Source of the DNA: an uncultured Peptoniphilaceae bacterium
GTDB lineage: Bacteria; Bacillota; Clostridia; Tissierellales; Peptoniphilaceae
Direction: 5' to 3'
Length of the DNA: 64,000 bases
Assembly: GCA_964510345.1 (NCBI GenBank)
Contig: CAZEBB010000007.1
Span: 3,161-67,160, forward strand
The notes under the pieces were generated by a model. The model was not told where the DNA came from. It was given only the letters and a program-made list of their open reading frames with translations, and searched no databases. Below are positions 8,766-19,146 of this stretch, piece by piece. The number at the start of each line of letters is the position of its first letter. Position 1 is the stretch's first letter. A program made the position numbers and the translations under genes.

Positions 8766-9798
8766 AGGTTTCCTCCTTATCAAAGTACTCGCGAATATAG
8801 GTGGCGCGCACTTCGTCTTCTGTCTCTTTCTGTTTCGTATCGTGTTTATATTGCAGCATCGTGAACTTCTGCACGTGCAGCATTAAGTCGTCGAGTTTTC
8901 TTACATCGGTGCCGGGGAACAAGTCCATGCAGACTCCCACGCGCACATGCGACAGGTGTTGCAGCGCTTCCTTCGCGGACATGACGCGCGCATAACGCAG
9001 TGCGCCCAGTGAGCGGTACACGCCGTCCAATACCATGGCCGGTGTGTGTTTGATCAGCGCATTTCTGACATTTCGCTCCTGTTCGATGATGTTTAACGTC
9101 ACTTTTTCCAGTCGCTCGACCGCATCTTTTTCCGTGAAGCCCAGCGTGCGCTGATTGGACACCTGAAACATGTCGCCGAGCGCTTCGCTTCCCTCGCCGT
9201 AGATGCCGCGTACGACCAGCCCGATTTTTCCCAGGCTGTCGAAGAAGCCCTTTAGCTGATGCGCGTATTTCATCGCCGGCAGATGCACCATGACGGATGC
9301 GCGCAGCCCCGTGCCCGTATTGGTCGGGCAGGCGGTCAGATAGCCGTATTCCATATGCCACGCGAAGTCGAGGTTTTCTTCCAGTGCGGATTCGAAGTTC
9401 ATCACCGCGTCAAACGACTCGCCCAGCTGAAAGCCAGGCTTGATGCTCTGCATACGCAGGTGGTCTTCTTCGTTGACCATGATGGTCATCTGCTCATCGT
9501 GGCGCAAGTAAAATTCGGAACTGTTTTTGTTCTTAATCAGGTCGGGGCTGATCAGATGCTGCTCCACCAAGACCCGCCTTTTGATCCTCTCGATGTCGGA
9601 GACTTTGAAGTGGTCAAAGCTTGCGATCATCGGGTTCTGCTGCATGGCTAAATCGACCTTCTCTGCGATCTCCTGCGCTTCTTCCGGCGCACAGCGGTTC
9701 GGGAAGCGGTGATGCTGCACATTTCTCGCCAGGCGCACGCGCGAGCTGACGACCACGTCTTCGGCGATGGTCTCGCCATTCATCAACCACTTCGGCAT
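8752..9798 (-). CDS. mcsB: Protein arginine kinase McsB
   Basis: ATP:guanido phosphotransferase fold. It occupies the conserved position between mcsA and clpC. Confidence 0.95.
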   Translation of the reverse strand: MPKWLMNGETIAEDVVVSSRVRLARNVQHHRFPNRCAPEEAQEIAEKVDLAMQQNPMIASFDHFKVSDIERIKRRVLVEQHLISPDLIKNKNSSEFYLRHDEQMTIMVNEEDHLRMQSIKPGFQLGESFDAVMNFESALEENLDFAWHMEYGYLTACPTNTGTGLRASVMVHLPAMKYAHQLKGFFDSLGKIGLVVRGIYGEGSEALGDMFQVSNQRTLGFTEKDAVERLEKVTLNIIEQERNVRNALIKHTPAMVLDGVYRSLGALRYARVMSAKEALQHLSHVRVGVCMDLFPGTDVRKLDDLMLHVQKFTMLQYKHDTKQKETEDEVRATYIREYFDKEETYGKR

Positions 9799-10340
9799 TA
9801 GGACTCCCCGCCTTCTAATTGCGCGGTCAGCTGTTTCACCGTATCGCGCATCTGCGCCGCCCCCTCGTAATCTTCCACGAGGATCATGTCCTGCAGCTTT
9901 TGTTTGTTTTGTTCAATCTGATCCATCAGGATTTTCTTTTCCCGATACCCGGGCGGTACATCGCCGATGTGCTTGGTCGCGCCTTGCGTCATGCGCAGCG
10001 TCTCGCGCACTTGGTCGCTGAACTCCTTGTAGCATCGGTCGCAACCGAATCGACCCGTCTCCATGATGTCGGAAAACCCGGCGCCGCAAAACGAGCAGTT
10101 CTTTTCGTCGCCCACAGCACCGTGGATATGGGTTTTCGCTTCATCGAAAAACACGCCGATGAGCTTTTTTAAACTATCTTGAAAATACTGGTATCCTTCA
10201 GCTCCGTCTTGCGGCTGAAACGAAGAGCTCATCGCCTCTTGTGCACACTCGGTGCACAGGTGAATCGTCTTCTTTTCTTGGCCGTCTTCCATGACGACGA
10301 GTTGGATACTCGCATCTTTATTACAACGATCGCATTTCAT
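9798..10340 (-). CDS. mcsA: McsA (UvrB/C-motif protein, activator of McsB)
   Basis: Four CxxC pairs (CDRC, CTEC, CSFC, CDRC) plus a C-terminal UVR-like helix. Conserved operon position. Confidence 0.9.
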   Translation of the reverse strand: MKCDRCNKDASIQLVVMEDGQEKKTIHLCTECAQEAMSSSFQPQDGAEGYQYFQDSLKKLIGVFFDEAKTHIHGAVGDEKNCSFCGAGFSDIMETGRFGCDRCYKEFSDQVRETLRMTQGATKHIGDVPPGYREKKILMDQIEQNKQKLQDMILVEDYEGAAQMRDTVKQLTAQLEGGES

Positions 10341-10809
10341 GGGATCCCTCCGTTCGGAAGTACACCATCAGCATATTGCGCAGAATATCTGCCCGCACTG
10401 CATTCCGGTCCTCTTTGACACGCGTCAAGCAGGCATCTTCCATCGCCTGTACCATCAGCATGCCTTCTTTTTTCGTCGCGATCTTCTCGTTCACCAATTT
10501 CTTGATGATGTGGAGCGCTTTGTCTTTGGTGATCTGCTCGCCGATCGTATTTTGGATGATGTCGGAAAGCGTCTCCTCCGACTCCATCGACACTTTGACG
10601 ATGCGGATATACCCCGCCCCGCCGCGACGACTTTCTATTGTATACCCTTTATAGGGGGTAAACCTGGTCGTGAGAACATAGTTGATCTGTGAGGGTGCAC
10701 AGCCAAACTGTTGTGCTAAGTCGTTACGACCGATTTCCAATACTCCGTTTTCTGTCTGTTTCAAGAGCTCGTGAATGAGCCGCTCGATTTCGTTGGACAG
10801 ACCTGCCAT
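10321..10809 (-). CDS. ctsR: Class III stress gene repressor CtsR
   Basis: MAGLSNEIERLIHELL...SRRGGAGYIRIVKV is typical of CtsR. The start was set at ATG 10807-10809 behind GGAGGTGAGGAA; the ORF-track N-terminal extension was rejected. Confidence 0.95.
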   Translation of the reverse strand: MAGLSNEIERLIHELLKQTENGVLEIGRNDLAQQFGCAPSQINYVLTTRFTPYKGYTIESRRGGAGYIRIVKVSMESEETLSDIIQNTIGEQITKDKALHIIKKLVNEKIATKKEGMLMVQAMEDACLTRVKEDRNAVRADILRNMLMVYFRTEGSHEMRSL

Positions 10810-10826
10810 TTCCTCACCTCCCTGAC

Positions 10827-10843
10827 TTTGACTATCTTTTACA
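10827..10843 (-). promoter_or_regulatory. Candidate CtsR operator
   Basis: Minus-strand TGTAAAAGATAGTCAAA matches the CtsR heptad direct repeat (A/G)GTCAAANAN(A/G)GTCAAA at 15 of 17 positions and sits directly upstream of the ctsR RBS. Confidence 0.5.
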
Positions 10844-10853
10844 TTGCGCCGGT

Positions 10854-10877
10854 AAAAAAGTCCACCCGAAGGTGGAC
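10854..10877 (-). terminator. Rho-independent terminator after the Nudix gene
   Basis: Minus-strand GTCCACC-TTCG-GGTGGAC is followed by TTTTTT. Confidence 0.7.
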
Positions 10878-10913
10878 ATCTACCTTGTCTATAGTATACC
10901 AAAAACAGGTGGA

Positions 10914-11423
10914 TCATTCAATAGTGTGCGCCACCCAGCGAAAGAAGTCCTCGTAATAGGTCAGGTCAATAAACTCGCCGTCTCGGATCATCGCGCGGAT
11001 TCTCTCTGCGCTCGCCCACTGCACACCGGCGACCTCCAGCGGTTCCGGCGTCAGGCTCTCCAATGCGACGTCTTGAAAGAAACACCAGATATGAAAGTGG
11101 ATATTGTCTTCCGTGATGGTTCTGTATCGCCGCCCGCAGGATGGGTCGAGCACGAGCCCCAACTCTTCTTCGGCTTCGCGAAGGCAGGTATCGACACTCT
11201 CCTCCCCCGCGATCGCCCCGCCGGCGACGGTACAGTACCACATGCCGCCGAACAGCTTCTTATTCGCCGAGCGCTGCTGGATCAGGTATTCGCCCTTGGC
11301 GTTGACCACCCACAGCTCGCAGATGCGGCGGTACTCGTGTGGCTCTCGCGGGTCGTTTTTGTCGATGACTTTTCCGGTTCGCTCGTCGTTTGCGTCGTAG
11401 ACGTCGATTCTCTCCACTGCCAA
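10914..11423 (-). CDS. Nudix hydrolase
   Basis: Nudix box GGAIAGEESVDTCLREAEEELGL. The true start may be the GTG at 11417, 6 nt after AAAGGAG. Confidence 0.8.
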   Translation of the reverse strand: MAVERIDVYDANDERTGKVIDKNDPREPHEYRRICELWVVNAKGEYLIQQRSANKKLFGGMWYCTVAGGAIAGEESVDTCLREAEEELGLVLDPSCGRRYRTITEDNIHFHIWCFFQDVALESLTPEPLEVAGVQWASAERIRAMIRDGEFIDLTYYEDFFRWVAHTIE

Positions 11424-11431
11424 CTCCTTTC

Positions 11432-11456
11432 AAAAAAACCGCCTTCGGGCGGTTTT
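11432..11456 (-). terminator. Rho-independent terminator of the EF-G paralogue gene
   Basis: Minus-strand ACCGCC-CGAA-GGCGGT is followed by TTTTTTTG. Confidence 0.75.
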
Positions 11457-11461
11457 CGTTT

Positions 11462-13522
11462 TTAGTTTTCTTCCTTGGATTGTTCGATGATCTTCTCGGC
11501 GATATTCGACGGGACTTCTTCGTATCGCGCGAAGGACATCTTGAAGCTGCCGCGCGCTTGGGTCATCGAGCGCAGGTCGATCGCGTATTCGAAGAGTTCC
11601 GCGTGGGGCGCTTCGGCGATGATCAGCTGGCTGCCGTCATTTTGCGGCTCCATGCCGAGGATGCGTCCGCGGCGTTTGTTCATGTCGCCCATGACGTCGC
11701 CCATATAATCTTCCGGCACATTGACTTCGATCTTCATGATCGGCTCGAGAAGGATCGGTTTTGCTTCTTCCATCCCCTTCTTAAACGCCAACGAACCGGC
11801 AATTTTGAACGCCATTTCATTGGAGTCGACCGCGTGGTAGGATCCGTCGAACAGGGTCGCTTTCACATTCACGACCGGGTAGCCGGCGAGAATGCCCTTC
11901 TCTAATGACTCTCTAATCCCCTTTTCGACCGCAGGGAAGAAGTTTCTGGGAACCGCGCCGCCGAAGACTTCTTCAGCAAAGATGAATTCCTCATCCGTCG
12001 GCTCAAAGCGAACGTGAACGTCTCCGTATTGGCCGGCGCCGCCGGATTGTTTCTTGTGCTTCCCTTGCACGCTCGAAGAACCTTTGATGGTCTCACGATA
12101 AGCGATGCGCAGCGGGATTTGATGCACTTCGACGCCGAATTGGTTTTTCAGTTTCTCCATGATGACGGCGAGTTGCACATTGCCCTGTCCGCTGACGACG
12201 AGCTGTTTGGTCTCCGGATTGCGGACGACGGTGAAGCTCGGGTCTTCCTCGTTCAGTTTGGCAAGGGAGGTACCGATCTTTTCTTCGTCACCTTTGGACA
12301 TCGGCTCGATCGCGATGGAAAGAGTCGGTTCAGGTGTGGCCACTTTTTTGAACACGACCGGATGGTCTTTATCGCAGAGCGTGTCGCCCGTTTGCGAAAC
12401 TTGCAGTTTGGAGAACACGCCGATGTCGCCGGCGACCACTTCTTGCGTTTCGATTTGGGTTTTTCCGCGCAGATACAGCAATCCGCCCATTTTTTCCATG
12501 GTCTCTTTGCTGGAGTTGTAGATCTCGTCGCCCTTCTTAACGGAACCGGAAATGACCTTAAAGATCGAGAGTTTTCCTACGAAGGGGTCGGTCAAGGTTT
12601 TGAACACGACGGCAGAGAACGGCTCTTTTGCGTTGACGGTGCGCTCTTCTCCGGACTCGAAGCGGTATCCCAAATGTGCGCGGGGATCGTTCGGTGCCGG
12701 CATATAGTTTTTGATGACATTGAGCAACAGGTCGATCCCGATGCTCTTTTCTGCGGAGCCCACGAGCAGCGGAACGGCTCGGCCTTCCAAGAGTGCGGTC
12801 GTCACGCCGCGCAGAAGCTCTTCACGCGTGAAGCGCTCGCCGTTAAAGAATTTATCCATCAGGACTTCGTCCGACTCGGCGACGACTTCGGCGATCTCTT
12901 CAAAGATGCGCTCGGTGGCCTTTTGTTGGTCGACTTTCAGCTCCACCGGTGTCGGAATTCCGTTTTCATAGTGATAGCCCTTTTGGAAAATAATGTCGGT
13001 GATGCCGACAAAGTCGCTTCCTTCGCCGATCGGGATCGAGAATGGAATGACTTTCTTTCCGAATTTCTCTTCGATCTCTTCCAATACGCGACGGAAGTTG
13101 ACATTTTCATCATCGATTTTATTGACAAAGATAATGCGAGGCAGGTCGATCTGTTCACAGTATTTCCACGATTTTTCCGTACCGACTTCGATCCCCGACG
13201 TCGCGTCGATCACAAGCAGTGCGGCTTCGGCTGCACGCAAGGCGCCGAAAATCTCGGAGACAAAATCGAAGTATCCGGGGGTGTCGATAATATTGATCTT
13301 GTGATCGCGCCATTCGACCGGCACGATGGATGTGGAAATCGAGGTTCCGTGCTCCATCTCTTCTTTGGTGAAGTCGGAAACCGTATTTTTGTCTGCGACC
13401 TTCCCTTGTCTCTTGGTAACGCCTGTTAAGTACAACATAGCTTCGGTTAGGTTGGTTTTCCCGCTGCCGGAGTGTCCGATCAACGCGAGGTTTCTGATAT
13501 TCTCTGTTTGGTAAGCCTTCAT
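11462..13522 (-). CDS. Elongation factor G family GTPase (EF-G paralogue)
   Basis: 686 aa. G1 motif GHSGSGKT, EF-G domains II-V. It is not in the str operon context, so it is probably a second EF-G-like protein. Confidence 0.85.
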   Translation of the reverse strand: MKAYQTENIRNLALIGHSGSGKTNLTEAMLYLTGVTKRQGKVADKNTVSDFTKEEMEHGTSISTSIVPVEWRDHKINIIDTPGYFDFVSEIFGALRAAEAALLVIDATSGIEVGTEKSWKYCEQIDLPRIIFVNKIDDENVNFRRVLEEIEEKFGKKVIPFSIPIGEGSDFVGITDIIFQKGYHYENGIPTPVELKVDQQKATERIFEEIAEVVAESDEVLMDKFFNGERFTREELLRGVTTALLEGRAVPLLVGSAEKSIGIDLLLNVIKNYMPAPNDPRAHLGYRFESGEERTVNAKEPFSAVVFKTLTDPFVGKLSIFKVISGSVKKGDEIYNSSKETMEKMGGLLYLRGKTQIETQEVVAGDIGVFSKLQVSQTGDTLCDKDHPVVFKKVATPEPTLSIAIEPMSKGDEEKIGTSLAKLNEEDPSFTVVRNPETKQLVVSGQGNVQLAVIMEKLKNQFGVEVHQIPLRIAYRETIKGSSSVQGKHKKQSGGAGQYGDVHVRFEPTDEEFIFAEEVFGGAVPRNFFPAVEKGIRESLEKGILAGYPVVNVKATLFDGSYHAVDSNEMAFKIAGSLAFKKGMEEAKPILLEPIMKIEVNVPEDYMGDVMGDMNKRRGRILGMEPQNDGSQLIIAEAPHAELFEYAIDLRSMTQARGSFKMSFARYEEVPSNIAEKIIEQSKEEN

Positions 13523-13648
13523 CCATGGTCCTCCTGACTAAAATTGTCTCCTTTGGAGACAACCGTATATCCTGCATTATAACATAAGAACGCTTTCATT
13601 GGCGAATGAAGAGCGTCCTCGTGTTTTCTTATCTCCGGACAACTCCAC

Positions 13649-14287
<639 letters not shown>

Positions 14288-14719
14288 CTAATCGTCAATC
14301 TTGCAGACGCGTCGTTCGTGGCGTCCGCCTTCAAAATCAGTTGCGAGATAATCGTCGACCATCGCATAGGCGATCTCCACCCCCGTCGTGCGCCCGCCCA
14401 TCACGAGCACATTGGCGTCGTTGTGTTGGCGGCATACGCGCGCTTCAAACTCGCTGTGGCAAAGCGCCGCGCGGATCTCTTTATGGCGGTTGAGCGCGAT
14501 GGAGATCCCGATCCCTGTGCCGCAAAACGCGATGCCCCGCTCGACGTCCCCCTCTAAGATCGCCTGTGCCAATTTCTTTCCATAGTCCGGATAATCGACG
14601 GAGTCTGTGCTGTACGTGCCGTAATCGATGACTTCGACACCCTTTTTCTCAAGATATGCCTTTACCTCTTCTTTCAGCACAAAGCCGCCGTGATCGGTCG
14701 CTAGACCAATTTTTCCCAT
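14288..14719 (-). CDS. rpiB: Ribose-5-phosphate isomerase B
   Basis: 143 aa, RpiB/LacA/LacB family (GIAFCGTGIGISIALNR). Confidence 0.9.
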   Translation of the reverse strand: MGKIGLATDHGGFVLKEEVKAYLEKKGVEVIDYGTYSTDSVDYPDYGKKLAQAILEGDVERGIAFCGTGIGISIALNRHKEIRAALCHSEFEARVCRQHNDANVLVMGGRTTGVEIAYAMVDDYLATDFEGGRHERRVCKIDD

Positions 14720-15129
14720 TGTTTCAGCTCCTTTATCAGTTCAGTGATCTCTCGTAAGGTCTTTTGATAGGTGGAAAGCCCCCATCCGTACGGGTCTGCG
14801 ATGTCTCCCTCCGCACCTGTCGCCGCTTCTCGCAGCGTATGTACATTGGCGTTCGGGTACTTCGCGCGGATTTGGTCTTTATGGGAGATGCCCATCGTGA
14901 AGATCACATCAGCCCACTCAGCAAGCTCTGCACTCAATTGCGTGGAACGGTGCTCGCTCAGATCGATGCCTTGTTCGGCCAGCGCTAAGCGCGCATTCTT
15001 GGAGATCGGGTCTCCCATGGCGGCTACGCCGGCGCTTTTGATCTCCCAGTGCGGGTAGTGCTCTTGAGCGACCGCCATCGCCATGGGGCTTCGGCAGGTA
15101 TTGCCCGTGCAGACAAACAGAACTCTCAT
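14701..15129 (-). CDS. ywlE: Low-molecular-weight phosphatase, YwlE-type protein arginine phosphatase
   Basis: MRVLFVCTGNTCRSPMA carries the CX5R(S) P-loop, including the Thr (CTGNTCRS) associated with arginine-phosphatase specificity. The ATG 15127-15129 overlaps the tsaC stop (ATGA) and follows GGAGGA. Confidence 0.8.
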   Translation of the reverse strand: MRVLFVCTGNTCRSPMAMAVAQEHYPHWEIKSAGVAAMGDPISKNARLALAEQGIDLSEHRSTQLSAELAEWADVIFTMGISHKDQIRAKYPNANVHTLREAATGAEGDIADPYGWGLSTYQKTLREITELIKELKQWEKLV

Positions 15130-16154
15130 AGGGTTTCCTCCAGCGCCGCCTTTTCCAAGCGGTTCATGATCGCAAAGCCCCAACCTTGCGCGGGTACGGC
15201 GGGCACGAGGATTTCGTCCGCCATGCGGGCGTCGGCGTCTCGAAGTCGCTTGTAGAGCAGATGTGCCATTTCCGCCAGGTTCTCTTTGCAACCGAGTGAC
15301 AGCACATCGCGATCCTCTTTTCGGATATCTTGATCAAAAAGCAGCAATACCGCAGTTTTCTTCGCTTCCCGTAAGATCTTCTGATGCTCCCGCATCGTAT
15401 CGACCGCACTCTCGCCTCGGTAGATTCTCACTTTCGCGCGCGGTGCGTAGTGGCGGTACTTTTGCCCCGGAGAGCGGGGGATGTGGTCGCCGGTGCTTAG
15501 GTGCGTGCTCGTCTGCACGAGTCCGATCACTTTTTGGATGTCGTCGTGCGTGATAAACCCCGGTCGCAGGATGACGGGCACAGGCCGTGTGATATCCAAC
15601 ACGGTCGATTCCAGCCCGATCTGCGTACTCCCTCCGTCTAAGATCATCGGGATGCGACCGTCCATGTCGGTCAAGACGGTTTGCGCGTCCGTCGGCGACG
15701 GGCGTCCGGAGCGGTTGGCCGAGGGTGCCGCGATCGGTTGACCGACGTTTCGTATCACGTCCAGCGCCACGGGATGCGAGGGCATGCGAATGGCGACGGT
15801 CGTACCGCCTGCGGTCACATTGGCGGGAATAACGTCCGACGCGTCAAACACGAGCGTCAGGGGACCGGGCCAAAAGGTCTTGATCAGCGCGTCCGCACAG
15901 TCGGGAACCGATTGCACCAAGGCTCCTAAATCCTCCGCGTCAGCAATATGCAAGATCAGCGGATTGTCCTGAGGCCGCCCCTTGGCGGAAAAAATCTTCG
16001 CAACGGCGCCTTCGCTCATGCCGTTCGCCCCGAGACCGTACACGGTCTCTGTGGGAAAGGCGACGAGTTCCCCTTCTAAAAGGAGGCGTGCCGCCTCCTC
16101 GATCGTTTCCTGTGTTGCATTACATAGTTTTGTTTTCACTTTCAGGTCCCTCAT
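15126..16154 (-). CDS. tsaC: L-threonylcarbamoyladenylate synthase (Sua5/YwlC/TsaC, long form)
   Basis: 342 aa. YrdC domain (VAFPTETVYGLGAN) plus a Sua5 C-terminal domain. Confidence 0.9.
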   Translation of the reverse strand: MRDLKVKTKLCNATQETIEEAARLLLEGELVAFPTETVYGLGANGMSEGAVAKIFSAKGRPQDNPLILHIADAEDLGALVQSVPDCADALIKTFWPGPLTLVFDASDVIPANVTAGGTTVAIRMPSHPVALDVIRNVGQPIAAPSANRSGRPSPTDAQTVLTDMDGRIPMILDGGSTQIGLESTVLDITRPVPVILRPGFITHDDIQKVIGLVQTSTHLSTGDHIPRSPGQKYRHYAPRAKVRIYRGESAVDTMREHQKILREAKKTAVLLLFDQDIRKEDRDVLSLGCKENLAEMAHLLYKRLRDADARMADEILVPAVPAQGWGFAIMNRLEKAALEETL

Positions 16155-17073
16155 AGATATAGACCGGGTCCATGTGAATGACGAGATTCACATGGGTCTC
16201 TTCTCTCACTTTCGCCTCGATGGCGTCGACGCTCTCGTGGATCTCCTGCACGCTTAGGTTCGACGGGATCTCCACATGCACGCTCGCGAACAGGTTTTCG
16301 CGACCGTAATCGTGGACGACGAGATCGTGGTAGCCGCGTACGTACTTTCCGTCGAGGATCAGCCGCTCGATATCGTGCACCAGCTCATCATCCGGATGCA
16401 GGCCGATCAGAGAATCGATCGTGTCGCGCATGAGGTCGTAGCCGTTCTTGAGAACAAAGAGTCCGATGAGCACCCCGGCAAAACCGTCTACATTGACGGC
16501 AAATAACCAATATAAAACCAAACTCAGCAGTACGCCGGTGGTCGCAATCACGTCATTTCTGGCGTCCTTGGCGATCCCGTCGTTCAAAGTAGACGAAATC
16601 TTTTTGTCGATCTCGTGATTGTATTTGTACATCCAGAGTTTGACGATGATGGAGAAGATCATGACGACCGCAGCCGCCGGTGTGATGGAAAGCAGCTCGG
16701 GGTTTCTAACGAGTGCGATGCCTCTGCGCAGCAACTCAACCGCGATGTACATGATGATAAATGATACGACTAAAGACGCGATATACTCGTATCGCCCGTG
16801 GCCGAACGGGTGCTTTTTATCGGACGGGCGTTGGCTCAGCCATGAGCCGACCGCCGCGACCAACGAGCCGATCGTATCGGACAGATTGTTGATCCCGTCG
16901 GAGATAATCGCCAACGAATTGACGAGAAGTCCCACGATAATCTTTGTAACGACCAAAATCAGGTTCAGAATGATCCCCAAAACGGAAGAAAAGAAGATCA
17001 GTCGGCTCTGCACCTGTGGATCTTCTGTTCGGGGATATCCTTTGACAAAACGATGCGCAAGTTGCTCAAACAT
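16120..17073 (-). CDS. Cation diffusion facilitator family transporter
   Basis: 317 aa with six TM helices and a C-terminal cytoplasmic domain, a typical CDF pattern. Confidence 0.85.
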   Translation of the reverse strand: MFEQLAHRFVKGYPRTEDPQVQSRLIFFSSVLGIILNLILVVTKIIVGLLVNSLAIISDGINNLSDTIGSLVAAVGSWLSQRPSDKKHPFGHGRYEYIASLVVSFIIMYIAVELLRRGIALVRNPELLSITPAAAVVMIFSIIVKLWMYKYNHEIDKKISSTLNDGIAKDARNDVIATTGVLLSLVLYWLFAVNVDGFAGVLIGLFVLKNGYDLMRDTIDSLIGLHPDDELVHDIERLILDGKYVRGYHDLVVHDYGRENLFASVHVEIPSNLSVQEIHESVDAIEAKVREETHVNLVIHMDPVYIYEGPESENKTM

Positions 17074-17086
17074 CTTTCACCTCATA

Positions 17087-17512
17087 TTAGAAAACTTTAT
17101 ATCCGAAGTATCCGATAACCAACCCGAGAATGATCCCTGCAAAAACCTGCGTGGGGGTGTGCCCCAGTATTTCTTTGACTTTGTTGATGTCGACTTCCTG
17201 TTGTTCATTGTATTCTTCGATCAGCACATTCAGCATCTGCGCCTGTCGTCCGACGGCATGGCGAACACCTGCGGCGTCGTACATGACGATCATGCAAAAG
17301 CACATCGCCAAACCGAAGAGGGTAGAGTTAAAGCCTTCCTGTAACCCGACCTGCACCGCCATCGAGACGACGAAGGAGGTATGAGAGCTCGGCATCCCGC
17401 CGGATGCAAACATCGCGTAAAAGTTGAGTTTCTTCGTTTGCACCCACACGATGACGAGCTTGATCAGCTGCGCAATGAGCCACGCCAGCCCCGATATGCC
17501 CAGAATTTTCAC
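17087..17512 (-). CDS. Divergent PAP2-family membrane protein (DUF212/YuiD-like)
   Basis: 141 aa, with the motif GGMPSSHTSFV and MYDAAGVR. Confidence 0.7.
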   Translation of the reverse strand: MKILGISGLAWLIAQLIKLVIVWVQTKKLNFYAMFASGGMPSSHTSFVVSMAVQVGLQEGFNSTLFGLAMCFCMIVMYDAAGVRHAVGRQAQMLNVLIEEYNEQQEVDINKVKEILGHTPTQVFAGIILGLVIGYFGYKVF

Positions 17513-17520
17513 GGTTCCTC

Positions 17521-18594
17521 CTAACTGACTTGCGAGAGTTTTTGTGCCTGGTCGCTCGTCGTCAATGCGTCGATCATCTCATCGAGATCGCCGTCTAAAA
17601 AGGCTTCCATTTGGTAAATCGTTCGGTTGATGCGGTGGTCGGTGATGCGCCCTTGCGGATAGTTGTAGGTGCGAATGCGCTCGGAGCGGTCGCCGGTGCC
17701 GACTTGGGTGCGGCGGTCTTCGGAGATCTCTTTGTTGAGTTCCGCCTGCATTTCATCGTATAGGCGCGACTTTAGAATCTTCATCGCCTTCTCTTTGTTC
17801 TTCAGCTGCGACTTTTCGTCCTGACAGGAGACGACCATCCCCGTCGGGAGATAGGTGATCCGCACGGCACTGTCTGTCGTGTTGACCGACTGGCCGCCGT
17901 TACCGGACGAGCGGAACACGTCCACGCGCAGGTCAGAGGGGTTGATCTCGATATCCACATCTTCCGCTTCGGGAAGCACGGCGACGGTCGCCGTGGAGGT
18001 GTGGATGCGTCCGCTGGACTCGGTGGCCGGTACCCGCTGCACGCGGTGTACACCTGACTCGTACTTGAGTCTGGAATACGCGCCCTTACCTTGCACCATG
18101 AAGATCGCCTCTTTCACGCCGCCGATCCCCTGCTCATTCATGCTCATGATGTCGACATTCCAGCGCTCGCGTTCGGCATAGCGCACGTACATTCGGTACA
18201 GGACTCCGGCGAACAGCCCGGCTTCGTCGCCGCCGGCTCCGGCGCGGATCTCTACGATGACGTTTTTATGATCGTTCGGATCCTTCGGCAAGAGCAGAAC
18301 TTTCAGCTTCTCTTCCTGTGCTTCCATCTCTTCTTCTCGCGATTGGATCTCGAGTTTCAGCATGGCGTTCATTTCTTCATCGCCGGACTCTTCCAGCATC
18401 GTCTTGTCTTCATCCAAAATGCGGCGGTTGTTCGCGTACTCGCGGTACACGTCCACGATGGGCTGCAAGTCGGAGTGTTCTTTGGCCACTTGCTGATAGC
18501 GTTCCATATTGGAGATGATCTCCGGATCCATCAGCTGTTGTTCCAATTCTACAAATGTGTTTTCAATTAACGATAGTTTTTCAAACATAACCAA
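17521..18594 (-). CDS. prfA: Peptide chain release factor 1
   Basis: 357 aa. PCRF and RF-1 domains, GGQ motif (SGNGGQSVN). Confidence 0.95.
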   Translation of the reverse strand: MVMFEKLSLIENTFVELEQQLMDPEIISNMERYQQVAKEHSDLQPIVDVYREYANNRRILDEDKTMLEESGDEEMNAMLKLEIQSREEEMEAQEEKLKVLLLPKDPNDHKNVIVEIRAGAGGDEAGLFAGVLYRMYVRYAERERWNVDIMSMNEQGIGGVKEAIFMVQGKGAYSRLKYESGVHRVQRVPATESSGRIHTSTATVAVLPEAEDVDIEINPSDLRVDVFRSSGNGGQSVNTTDSAVRITYLPTGMVVSCQDEKSQLKNKEKAMKILKSRLYDEMQAELNKEISEDRRTQVGTGDRSERIRTYNYPQGRITDHRINRTIYQMEAFLDGDLDEMIDALTTSDQAQKLSQVS

Positions 18595-18611
18595 TCATCC
18601 CGTCTATAATC

Positions 18612-19145
18612 CTATTTGCTCACTTTTATTTTATCATAGAAGATTGAGAACAATCCACCGCCTACGAGAAACCATATCGGATTGAGTCCAAAAACGCCAA
18701 CCAACACGGCCACGCCTGCGACCACGAGGAGCCGAAACGGCGTCATCTTGTTCTTCTTCAGCATGCCGAACACCGCTGAGCCGATCAGTGCGGCAACCGC
18801 CGGGCGAATCCCCATAAAGACGCGGTCCATGACCGGGTGATCGCGAAAGCCCATGAAGAAAGACGCGATCAGCGTGATGATCATAAACGAAGGCAATACG
18901 GCGCCTAAGCAGCTGACGATCGCCCCCGGCAGGCCCTTCAACTGATGCCCGATATAAGTGCTCATATTGGCGGCCAGAACCCCCGGCGAACTCTGCGTTA
19001 CGGCGAGCACGTCCAAAAACTCTTCCGGCGTAAGCCATTTTTTATTCTCTACGACTTCCTTTTCGATGATGGGGATCATGGCGACGCCGCCCCCAAAGGT
19101 AAATGCACCGATCAGGAAAAATGTGCGAAACAAATCCCAGAGCAT
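18612..19145 (-). CDS. chrA: Chromate transporter family protein (ChrA half-size)
   Basis: The start was set at MLWDLF (ATG 19143-19145) after GGAGG, 1 nt after the upstream stop. It carries the FTFGGGVAMIP motif. Confidence 0.8.
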   Translation of the reverse strand: MLWDLFRTFFLIGAFTFGGGVAMIPIIEKEVVENKKWLTPEEFLDVLAVTQSSPGVLAANMSTYIGHQLKGLPGAIVSCLGAVLPSFMIITLIASFFMGFRDHPVMDRVFMGIRPAVAALIGSAVFGMLKKNKMTPFRLLVVAGVAVLVGVFGLNPIWFLVGGGLFSIFYDKIKVSK

Positions 19146-19146
19146 C

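Noticed and set aside
10810-10917. N-terminal extensions given by the ORF track for ctsR. The same issue arises for ywlE (15130-15291), barnase (35506-35679), the chrA half (19146-19184), the CWB2 protein (55603-55662) and the giant adhesin (63743-63877).
   Set aside because: In each case an internal start has a good Shine-Dalgarno sequence and yields the canonical N-terminus or signal peptide. The extensions overlap upstream genes, terminators or promoter regions.
12014-13429. A long plus-strand ORF (471 aa) opposite the EF-G paralogue. Similar antisense ORFs occur at 6912-8057, 22047-22892, 39081-40526, 53530-54645 and 55775-56770.
   Set aside because: Each lies entirely antisense to a gene with clear family-level similarity. 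Their translations are low-complexity and rich in R/H/F/D/V, and they lack RBS-like sequences. They are the shadow ORFs typical of GC-biased codon usage.
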